This document shows, piece by piece, positions 8,164 through 14,754 of a DNA stretch of 14,754 bases (the first letter of the stretch is position 1; each line of letters begins with the position of its first letter). The position numbers were made by a program, and so were the translations under genes. This DNA comes from Candidatus Omnitrophota bacterium (GTDB taxonomy: Bacteria > Omnitrophota > Gorgyraeia > JABMRG01 > JAFGKX01). Under the pieces are notes generated by a model. That model ran no database searches. It saw only the letters and a list, made by a program, of their open reading frames with translations, and was not told the DNA's origin. The DNA is taken from positions 439,096-453,849 of the forward strand of contig CP070655.1 in NCBI GenBank assembly GCA_020354945.1, in the 5' to 3' direction.

Positions 8164-8195
8164 GCAGTTTTCAGTTTTCAGTTGTTGATAGCTGA
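8164..8195. repeat. 7-bp repeat of the TCAGTT family with a short opposing arm
   Basis: GCAGTTT TCAGTTT TCAGTTG, then TTGA TAGCTGA. Confidence 0.7.
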
Positions 8196-8206
8196 CGATT
8201 TTTAGA

Positions 8207-8422
8207 ATGAAAGAAGAGGCAATTCAAGCAGAAGGTACGATTATAGAAGCATTGCCAAACGCAATGTTTAGAGTAGAATTGGATAATGGACACAGGGTCC
8301 TGGCGCATGTTTCAGGTAAGATGAGAATGTATTTTATAAGAATAGTACCGGGGGACAGAGTAAAATTAGAACTTTCACCGTATGACCTTACCAAGGGGCG
8401 GATTATTTATAGGGAAAAGTAA
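8207..8422 (+). CDS. infA: Translation initiation factor IF-1
   Basis: [20 protein letters not shown] and [10 protein letters not shown]. Confidence 0.99.
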   Translation: MKEEAIQAEGTIIEALPNAMFRVELDNGHRVLAHVSGKMRMYFIRIVPGDRVKLELSPYDLTKGRIIYREK

Positions 8423-8426
8423 TTCT

Positions 8427-8456
8427 AGGATTAAGGATTAAGAATTAAGGATTAAG
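8427..8456. repeat. AGGATTA heptamer, 4 copies
   Basis: AGGATTA AGGATTA AGAATTA AGGATTA AG. Confidence 0.88.
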
Positions 8457-8479
8457 TTTCAGAAGTAAAGCAGAAGAAG

Positions 8480-8593
8480 ATGAAGGTTAAAGCATCAGTT
8501 AAAAAAATTTGTTCTTCATGTAAGATTATAAAACGCAAAGGTGTAGTTATGGTTATATGCAGGAATCCGAAGCATAAGCAGAGACAGGGATGA
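8480..8593 (+). CDS. rpmJ: 50S ribosomal protein L36, zinc-binding form; missing from the ORF track
   Basis: Manual translation gives [37 protein letters not shown] (37 aa). Confidence 0.98.
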   Translation: MKVKASVKKICSSCKIIKRKGVVMVICRNPKHKQRQG

Positions 8594-8599
8594 TTGGGA

Positions 8600-8646
8600 G
8601 GGGTCAGGCCCTTGGAAAGAAATAGCCATTCCCAGGGTCTGACCCC
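8600..8646. repeat. REP-like hairpin of the GGGTCAGAC...GTCTGACCC family
   Basis: GGGGTCAGGCCCTTGGAA pairs with TTCCCAGGGTCTGACCCC; followed by ATAC. Confidence 0.8.
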
Positions 8647-8671
8647 ATACCTCCACAACAAGGAGTGATAA

Positions 8672-9070
8672 ATGCCGAGAGTTTGCGGTGTTGATATACC
8701 AAAAGGGAAAAGAGTGGAAATTGCACTTACCTATATTCACGGGATTGGCAGAACTGTTTCAAATAAAATATTAAAAGCTATTGGCATAAATCCCGATGTG
8801 AGGGCTAAGGACCTTACCGGAGAAGATGTAGCAAAAATTTCTACTTTCATTACAAAAAATTATAAGATAGAAGGCGATTTAAGAAGAGAGGTAACAGGGA
8901 ACGTAAAGAGGCTGATAGACATAGGAACTTATAGAGGATTGCGCCATAGAAAGGGTTTGCCGGTAAGAGGGCAACGAACAAATACAAATGCGCGCACCAG
9001 GAAAGGCCCGAGAAAGACAGTTGGCGTTGCAAAAAGAGAAAAAGAGCAGAAAATTAGAAAGGAAGGGTAA
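8672..9070 (+). CDS. rpsM: 30S ribosomal protein S13
   Basis: [17 protein letters not shown] and [26 protein letters not shown]. Confidence 0.99.
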   Translation: MPRVCGVDIPKGKRVEIALTYIHGIGRTVSNKILKAIGINPDVRAKDLTGEDVAKISTFITKNYKIEGDLRREVTGNVKRLIDIGTYRGLRHRKGLPVRGQRTNTNARTRKGPRKTVGVAKREKEQKIRKEG

Positions 9071-9078
9071 TTATAGAA

Positions 9079-9516
9079 ATGGTAAAAGCTGAAGAGAAAA
9101 CCCCGCCTGCAGACCGGCAGGCAAAACGAGAACCAGAACCTGAAAAGAAAAAGTCGAAACAAAAAGTTTTAATCCATGATGGTATAGTATATATCTTAGC
9201 GACCTTTAACAATACAATTATTACTGTAACAGATAAAAATGGCAATACAATTTGTTGGTGTTCCAGCGGCAACATCGGTTTTAAAGGTTCGAAAAAATCT
9301 ACACCGTTCGCTGCTCAAAGAGCTGCAAGTGCAGCTGCTGAAAAAGCAAAAGGGTTAGGACTAAAAAAGGTAGACATTTGCGTAAAGGGACCGGGAGCAG
9401 GCAGAGAATCAGCGATACGGGCAATGCAGGCGGCTGGATTACAGATAAGTACTATTAAAGATATTACCCCTATACCACATAATGGATGTAGAGCCCCGAA
9501 GCGAAGGAGAGTATAA
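9079..9516 (+). CDS. rpsK: 30S ribosomal protein S11 with an extended N-terminus
   Basis: [39 protein letters not shown] and TPIPHNGCR. Confidence 0.99.
   Translation: MVKAEEKTPPADRQAKREPEPEKKKSKQKVLIHDGIVYILATFNNTIITVTDKNGNTICWCSSGNIGFKGSKKSTPFAAQRAASAAAEKAKGLGLKKVDICVKGPGAGRESAIRAMQAAGLQISTIKDITPIPHNGCRAPKRRRV
9102..9123. repeat. GCCTGC..GCAGGC palindrome, in frame in the rpsK N-terminus
   Basis: CCCGCCTGC-AGACCG-GCAGGCA resembles the perfect palindrome at 10295-10314; read as PPADRQA. Confidence 0.6.
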
Positions 9517-9533
9517 TTTGGCAATGTTACATG

Positions 9534-9552
9534 AGGTTACCTTAGGTAACCT
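9534..9552. repeat. 19-bp palindrome upstream of rpsD
   Basis: AGGTTACCT-T-AGGTAACCT. Confidence 0.7.
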
Positions 9553-9569
9553 TTGAATACGAGGTTAAA

Positions 9570-10196
9570 ATGGCAAGATATATAGGAGCATCGTGCAGGT
9601 TGTGCAGAAAGGAAGGCGTAAAACTTTTTCTTAAAGGTAATCGTTGCGTAACTGAGAAGTGTGCCTTAGATAGGCGCAGTTATAAACCCGGCTTACATGG
9701 CCAACAAAGAAGAAAGCTTTCCGATTTTGGTTTACAGCTTAGAGAAAAGCAGAAAGCCAAGACAATATACGGAGTGCTAGAGAAACAATTCAGAAATTAT
9801 TTTAAAAAAGCAGAGAGGTCACGGGATGTCACCGGTGAGGCCCTTCTGCAATTTTTAGAACGGCGGTTAGACAATGCAGTCTTTAGGTGCTGTTTTGCTC
9901 CTTCCAGGCCTCAGGCAAGGCAAATGGTTGGTCACGGTTTTATTATGGTTAATGAAAAAAAGGTAAACCGGCCATCTTACTTAGTTAGCAAAGGAGATAC
10001 TATAAAGGTAAATGCCGAGAAGGACCAATTTAAGATTGTATCCGAAAGAATGCAAGACTTGAAAGAAAGAGGCATACCCGGTTGGATAAATGTAGATGAA
10101 AAACTTTTAACGGCTAAAATTGATAGGCCCCCTAAAAAAGAAGATGTTGGTTTTCCGATTCAGGTTCAGCTTATTGTAGAATTATATTCGAAATAG
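9570..10196 (+). CDS. rpsD: 30S ribosomal protein S4, cysteine-containing form
   Basis: MARYIG..CRLCRKEG.KLFLKG.RC, QLREKQK, LERRLDN and LIVELYSK. Confidence 0.99.
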   Translation: MARYIGASCRLCRKEGVKLFLKGNRCVTEKCALDRRSYKPGLHGQQRRKLSDFGLQLREKQKAKTIYGVLEKQFRNYFKKAERSRDVTGEALLQFLERRLDNAVFRCCFAPSRPQARQMVGHGFIMVNEKKVNRPSYLVSKGDTIKVNAEKDQFKIVSERMQDLKERGIPGWINVDEKLLTAKIDRPPKKEDVGFPIQVQLIVELYSK

Positions 10197-10198
10197 AG

Positions 10199-10352
10199 GT
10201 CCCCCGCTAGTAAAAGATGCTCGCACTTGCTCGTATCTTAGCAATGCTGGGGACAAAATTTATTAATAAATAGTCCCTCCAGCGCTCCTATTCGCCTGCC
10301 TGCCGGCAGGCAGGTTGCACTGTTTGGGACAATTTTTGCTTTGCAAAAATTG
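10199..10352. repeat. Composite hairpin cluster between rpsD and rpoA
   Basis: GTCCCC..AAGATGC-TCGCACTTGCTC-GTATCTT..GGGGAC; TTTATTAATAAA; GTCCC..CCTGCCTGCCGGCAGGCAGG..GGGAC; CAATTTTTGC-TTT-GCAAAAATTG. Confidence 0.8.
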
Positions 10353-10365
10353 GAGGTAAAAAGAG

Positions 10366-11340
10366 ATGGGAATAGCGTGGAAAGAATTTGAAATGCCCAA
10401 AACTCTCGAATGCGATGAATCTACCCTGACAGATACATACGGTAAATTTATAGCAGAACCGCTTGAAAGAGGTTATGGAATAACTCTGGGAAATTCTTTA
10501 CGGAGGGCACTTATATCTTCAGTTGAAGGTAGCGCAGTAACTAATGTAAGATTCGAAGGGGTTCAGCATGAATTTTCTGCTATAGACGGAGTGATTGAGG
10601 ATGTGCCTGAAATTATACTTAATATTAAGAAAGTTGTGATAAGAAGCCATGCCCTAAAACCAAAACCATTATATATAAAAGTTCAACGAAAAGGCAGGGT
10701 TACAGCTAAAGATATAATTGCTGATGAAACAGTGGATATCATAAATAAGGATTTACATATAGCTACATTGACAAAAAATATTAAATTTAATGTAGAAATG
10801 GGTTTAGGCAAAGGCCGTGGATATGTTCCGGCGGAAAAAAATAAAAAAGAAGACGCCCCAATAGGAGTCATTGCTATAGATTCTATTTTTAGCCCCGTTT
10901 CTAAAGTAAATTTCCACGTTGAAGATACCAGGGTAGGCCAGATTATAGATTATGATAAACTTATATTAGAAATATGCACTAACGGAGCGGTGAGCCCTAA
11001 AGAAGCTTTGCTCTATGCATCCAATGTCCTGCAAAGACATTTTGATATTTTTGTCAATTTTGGCAAACTTCCGGAAGACTTAGAGATTACTGAGGAGCCG
11101 GAGGAAGATGAAGAGCTTCAGGCAAAACTTAAAATCCCGGTTACCGAACTTGAACTCTCAGTAAGAAGCGGTAATTGCTTAGAAAAGGCCAAGATAAAGA
11201 CTATAGGCGATTTAGTAGGCAAGACCGAAAGTGAAATGCTGAAATATAGAAACTTTGGCAAAAAGTCATTAAATGAAATTGTTGGCATTTTGAATAATAT
11301 GGGCCTTTCACTTGGAATGAAGATCAAAAAGAAAAAATGA
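10366..11340 (+). CDS. rpoA: DNA-directed RNA polymerase alpha subunit
   Basis: EPLERGYGITLGNSLRR, HEFS, GRGYVPA, ELELSVRS and NFGKKSLNEI; GGAGG Shine-Dalgarno. Confidence 0.99.
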   Translation: MGIAWKEFEMPKTLECDESTLTDTYGKFIAEPLERGYGITLGNSLRRALISSVEGSAVTNVRFEGVQHEFSAIDGVIEDVPEIILNIKKVVIRSHALKPKPLYIKVQRKGRVTAKDIIADETVDIINKDLHIATLTKNIKFNVEMGLGKGRGYVPAEKNKKEDAPIGVIAIDSIFSPVSKVNFHVEDTRVGQIIDYDKLILEICTNGAVSPKEALLYASNVLQRHFDIFVNFGKLPEDLEITEEPEEDEELQAKLKIPVTELELSVRSGNCLEKAKIKTIGDLVGKTESEMLKYRNFGKKSLNEIVGILNNMGLSLGMKIKKKK

Positions 11341-11960
11341 GACACGGCAAATTAAATAAACGTTTCGGGAGAAATAAATCAGCTCGCAAGGAATTAATAC
11401 GGTCCTTAGCGAGAAACGCTCTTATATATTCGAGGATCAAGACGACATTACCTAAAGCCAAGGAGGCGTCCAGGCTTTTAGATAAGCTAATATCACTGGG
11501 CAAGAAAGAGACACTACAAGCAAGGAGAGCGGCTTTTGATATGTTACAGGATAGGTCTTTAGTGTCACGCTTAGTAAAAGATATAGCTCCTTTATTCAAA
11601 GACAGAAATGGTGGATATACTAGAATTATTCAGTTAAACAGTCGCCATGGCGATGGCACCCAAATGGCCATACTTGAGTTGGTAGAAAAACTAAAAGAGG
11701 AGCCAAAGCCGAAGAAGAAGGTAAAGGCCAAAGCCAAAGAAGCCCCGAAGAAAGTTGTAGAGGCGCCCAGGGAGGAACCAAAGCCAATTGAAGAAATAAA
11801 AGAGAAGCCGGCACCTAAGAAGTTAAAAGCTAAGCCTAAAGCGAAGCCTCCAAAAGCTAAGGAAGAACCACAAGAAGCAGAAAAAGTAAAACCTAAACCA
11901 GAGAAGAAAAAAGAGTGGTTTAATCGAATAAAAGGAATATTCAAAAGAAAAAAAGATTAG
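11337..11960 (+). CDS. rplQ: 50S ribosomal protein L17 with a ~90-aa K/E/P/A-rich C-terminal extension
   Basis: MRHG, RIKTTLPKAKE, RNGGYTRII and MAILELVE; ATGA overlap with rpoA. Confidence 0.98.
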   Translation: MRHGKLNKRFGRNKSARKELIRSLARNALIYSRIKTTLPKAKEASRLLDKLISLGKKETLQARRAAFDMLQDRSLVSRLVKDIAPLFKDRNGGYTRIIQLNSRHGDGTQMAILELVEKLKEEPKPKKKVKAKAKEAPKKVVEAPREEPKPIEEIKEKPAPKKLKAKPKAKPPKAKEEPQEAEKVKPKPEKKKEWFNRIKGIFKRKKD

Positions 11961-11985
11961 CCCTTTCGTGTAAGGGGTCGTATTG

Positions 11986-12029
11986 AAGGAGGTGGGGTCC
12001 TGATGTAAAAGGGTCAAACCTCCTTTTTT
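11986..12029 (+). terminator. Candidate intrinsic terminator after rplQ (imperfect stem plus T tract)
   Basis: AAGGAGGT (11986-11993) pairs with ACCTCCTT (12018-12025), with inner GGTCCT/AGGGTC pairing, then TTTT. It lies at the end of the alpha operon. Confidence 0.5.
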
Positions 12030-12074
12030 GTTGGGGGGGCAGTTTTGGGGCCAGACCCTGACCCTGCATTAGAA

Positions 12075-13328
12075 ATGAGCAAGACAGTAGCGGAAAAGAT
12101 ATTAAGCGAACATTCGCGCAGGGACTTAAAGGCGGGCGATTATGCCTTATCCAAGGTGGATTTTTGTTTTGGTCAGGATGGGACCAGCGCTCTTATCATA
12201 GATGCTCTGCATAAACTGGGAGTAAAAGAGTTAACAGCAAGAAAAAGATTTTGTATGGTCATAGACCACAGTGCCCCTTCGCCAAATATAGGAATTTCAG
12301 CAGTGCATGCCAAAATGCGAAAATTTGCTGCTCGAAATAAGCTGCGCTTATATGATATAGGCTGTGGTGTATGCCACCAGGTAATATTAGAATCCGGAAA
12401 TGTACTTCCAGGCGATTTAGTAGTAGGGGCAGATTCTCACACCTGTACTTACGGCGCATTAGGGGCATTGGCGACGGGTTTCGGTTCTACAGATTTAGCT
12501 ATAACATTAGCCAGCGGCAAAAACTGGTTTAAAGTTCCAGAGACTATCAAGATAATAATAGATGGCAAATTGCCAAAGGGTGTTTATTCAAAGGATATAA
12601 TTTTGCATATTATAGGGGATTTAGGTGCTGATGGCTGCACCTATAACTCAATTGAATTTACAGGCAATACAGTGGCAGCTCTAACTGTTGATGCGCGCTT
12701 CACTATTTCTAATATGGCTGTTGAGATGGGAGCCAAATGCGGCATTATGTATCCTGATAAAAAGGTGATTAGCTGGCTTAAGAAAAGAGGTAAAAAGATT
12801 AAAAGAAAAGTCTATCCGGATAAAGATGCCGATTATGTTAGCGTAAAAAGATATGATGCCAGCAAACTTATTCCAAAGATATCTAAACCCCATACAGTCG
12901 ATAACGTATCCAATGTTAAAGCGGTTTCCGGAAAACCGGTAAATTTAGCCTATATTGGAACGTGCACTAATGGAAGTTTGGAAGACCTGGTGATAGCTTC
13001 TAAAATACTTAAGGACAAAACAATAGCTGATAATGTGAGATTGATTATAGCGCCTGCATCAAGACAGATTTATCTGGAGGCTATGAGAAAGGGGATTATC
13101 CGGACATTCATTGAAGCCGGAGGCAATGTAGTTACCCCGGGATGCGGGCCCTGCGTAGGCACTCACGATGGTGTTCCTTCCGATGGCGAGGTTGTAATAT
13201 CTACAGCGAATAGAAATTTTAAAGGCAGAATGGGCAACCCGGATGCTTTTATCTATTTAGCTTCACCGGCAACAGTAGCTGCATCGGCGTTAACAGGAAA
13301 GATAACCGATCCAAGGAGATATGCATAA
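12075..13328 (+). CDS. leuC: 3-isopropylmalate dehydratase / homoaconitase family large subunit (short HacA-like type)
   Basis: KTVAEKILS, IDH, GVCHQV, GADSHTCTYGA, IGTCTNG, PGCGPCVG, STANRNFKGRMG and YLASP. ATG 12075 preferred over TTG 12045. Substrate uncertain. Confidence 0.88.
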   Translation: MSKTVAEKILSEHSRRDLKAGDYALSKVDFCFGQDGTSALIIDALHKLGVKELTARKRFCMVIDHSAPSPNIGISAVHAKMRKFAARNKLRLYDIGCGVCHQVILESGNVLPGDLVVGADSHTCTYGALGALATGFGSTDLAITLASGKNWFKVPETIKIIIDGKLPKGVYSKDIILHIIGDLGADGCTYNSIEFTGNTVAALTVDARFTISNMAVEMGAKCGIMYPDKKVISWLKKRGKKIKRKVYPDKDADYVSVKRYDASKLIPKISKPHTVDNVSNVKAVSGKPVNLAYIGTCTNGSLEDLVIASKILKDKTIADNVRLIIAPASRQIYLEAMRKGIIRTFIEAGGNVVTPGCGPCVGTHDGVPSDGEVVISTANRNFKGRMGNPDAFIYLASPATVAASALTGKITDPRRYA

Positions 13329-13478
13329 TTTTTACATACTTGCCTCCGCTTGTCGCTCGCAAAAAGAATTCTTCGCCAGAGGCGAAGGGCACTTTTTGCT
13401 CGCTGTGGCAAAAATTGCTCGCTTCTTGCCGTTGTTCGCGCAATTTTTGACAGTCACTCCGACAAGCATGCAAAAATT
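13327..13478. repeat. ~150-nt three-way-junction hairpin element with TCGCTC linkers
   Basis: Outer arms AATTTTTACATACTTG / CAAGCATGCAAAAATT and GCTTGTCG / CGACAAGC. Branch 1 is GCAAAAAG..CTTCGCC-AGA-GGCGAAG..CTTTTTGC. Branch 2 is CAAAAATTGC..GCAATTTTTG. Confidence 0.85.
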
Positions 13479-13508
13479 TTAAAGAAAAAGGTGTTTTTTA
13501 AGAAAAAA

Positions 13509-14066
13509 ATGGAACTTAAAGGAAAAGCGCATAAATTTGGGGATGATGTAAATACAGACTATATTATATCCGGAAGATATAAATTTAAGATTCAAGACCC
13601 GCATGAACTGGCAAAACACTTAATGGAAGATTTAAAATCTGATTTTTATAAAAAAATTTCCGCTGGAGGCGAATCCGCCTCTGCCAAAGGCAGATGCGCC
13701 CCAGGCGCAAAACGTGGAAAAAGAGGAGATTTTATAGTTGCCGGTAGGAATTTTGGATGCGGTTCGTCCCGTGAACAGGCCCCCTTAGCCATAAAATACG
13801 CAGGAGTTTGTGCTGTTTTAGCAAAATCTTTTGCCAGGATTTTCTTTAGAAACAGCATCAATATAGGCCTTATGCTTTTAGAATGTGATACAGATGCCAT
13901 TTCAGATGGCGATTATCTCCTCGTCAACATAAAAAGGGGGCTTGTATATAACAAAACAAAAAATATGAAGATTCAAATCAGGCCTTTACCAAATTTTATA
14001 CTAAAGATTTTAAAGGACGGCGGCCTGGTCAATCATTTTAAAAGACATAAGGGGTTTAAGTTTTAA
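13509..14066 (+). CDS. leuD: 3-isopropylmalate dehydratase / homoaconitase family small subunit with a 20-aa insertion
   Basis: GKAHKFGDDVNTDYII, VAGRNFGCGSSREQAP, AKSFARIFFRN and GGL. The conserved domain begins at ATG 13509. Confidence 0.88.
   Translation: MELKGKAHKFGDDVNTDYIISGRYKFKIQDPHELAKHLMEDLKSDFYKKISAGGESASAKGRCAPGAKRGKRGDFIVAGRNFGCGSSREQAPLAIKYAGVCAVLAKSFARIFFRNSINIGLMLLECDTDAISDGDYLLVNIKRGLVYNKTKNMKIQIRPLPNFILKILKDGGLVNHFKRHKGFKF
13659..13718. repeat. 60-nt in-frame, apparently nested, mini-hairpin insertion in leuD
   Basis: TCCGCTGGAGGCGAA TCCGCC [TCTGCC-AAA-GGCAGA TGCGCC-CCA-GGCGCA] AAA CGTGGA; encodes SAGGESASAKGRCAPGAKRG. Confidence 0.8.
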
Positions 14067-14082
14067 ACCCAATAACCAATAT

Positions 14083-14754
14083 ATGTACGACCTTGCAATA
14101 ATAGGAGCTGGACCGGCTGGATATACTGCTGCTAAACGCGCAGCAGAATTGGATGCGCAGGTTTGCATCATAGAAAAGGAACAACTCGGCGGAATCTGCC
14201 TTAATAAAGGATGCATACCTGTTAAGTTTATGGTAAATACTGCAAGTTTGCTCTCTAGCATAAAGAAAAGTGGCCAATTTGGCATTGATACAGAATCTTA
14301 CAGGTTAAATATTACAAAAATGTTAGAAAGAAGAGAGTTTATAATTGATAAACATCGCAGAAGCATAGAGAGATTGCTAAATAGGTCAAAGGCCAAGATT
14401 ATTAGAGGAGAAGCAAAGTTAAAAGATCCGAATACTGTTAATGTTTCCGGTGAAAGTATAAAAGCCAAATATATCATAATAGCAACTGGTTCTATTCCGG
14501 TAGAAACAGATAAGTTAAAATTTGACCATAGCAATATTATCTCCAGCGCAGATATATTAAACCTTAAAGAGGTTCCATCTTCTCTTATAATAGTAGGAGC
14601 AGGTTATATTGGGTGCGAATTTGCCTGCATTTATAATCAGTTTGGATGCGATGTTACTATTATAGAGATAGAACCGCAGATTCATCCTAAACAGGACAAA
14701 AAAATCGCAAGAAGGTTAATGCAGTCGATGAAAAAACGAGGCATAAAAATTATC
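14083..14754 (+). CDS. lpdA: Dihydrolipoamide dehydrogenase (class I pyridine nucleotide-disulfide oxidoreductase), runs off the window end; missing from the ORF track
   Basis: Manual translation gives MYDLAIIGAGPAGYTAA, GGICLNKGCIP (redox disulfide), IIIATGS and IVGAGYIGCEFA. Confidence 0.85.
   Translation, partial: MYDLAIIGAGPAGYTAAKRAAELDAQVCIIEKEQLGGICLNKGCIPVKFMVNTASLLSSIKKSGQFGIDTESYRLNITKMLERREFIIDKHRRSIERLLNRSKAKIIRGEAKLKDPNTVNVSGESIKAKYIIIATGSIPVETDKLKFDHSNIISSADILNLKEVPSSLIIVGAGYIGCEFACIYNQFGCDVTIIEIEPQIHPKQDKKIARRLMQSMKKRGIKII

Noticed and set aside
12045-12074. Upstream TTG start for leuC
   Set aside because: It lies in repeat-derived sequence; the family N-terminus matches MSKTVAEKI at 12075.
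13327-13478. tRNA, T-box or riboswitch interpretation of the branched structure
   Set aside because: There is no TTCRA T-loop or tRNA-sized cloverleaf and no T-box consensus. It sits between two subunit genes and resembles elements in unrelated spacers.
13350-13508. 53-aa N-terminal extension of LeuD in the ORF track
   Set aside because: It is read-through of the intergenic hairpin element; the conserved domain starts at ATG 13509.

Overview
AT-rich bacterial window, all genes on the + strand. It holds the distal S10, spc and alpha ribosomal-protein cluster: rplP (5' edge), rpmC, rpsQ, rplN, rplX, rplE, rpsN (Zn type), rpsH, rplF, rplR, rpsE, rplO, secY, adk, map, infA, rpmJ, rpsM, rpsK, rpsD, rpoA, rplQ. 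A short-type LeuC/LeuD (HacA/HacB-like) pair and a 3'-truncated dihydrolipoamide dehydrogenase follow. rpmD is absent from its usual place; this and the RpoA N-terminus suggest a PVC-group organism such as Omnitrophota (inference). The proteins are mostly ordinary, but the non-coding DNA is not. Most sizeable spacers carry a structured repeat from one of several families: (i) 7-bp-period tandem repeats in four sequence types; (ii) 150-180-nt hairpin elements sharing TCGCTC junction motifs and a TCGC..CTTGC loop; (iii) GGGTCAGAC...GTCTGACCC hairpins; (iv) 15-nt TCCGCC-NNN-GGCGGA mini-hairpins and a CCTGCC...GGCAGG palindrome. Family (iv) also sits in frame inside coding genes (rplR, leuD, probably rpsK), in one case apparently nested. 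No transposase or other mobiliser is encoded in the window.
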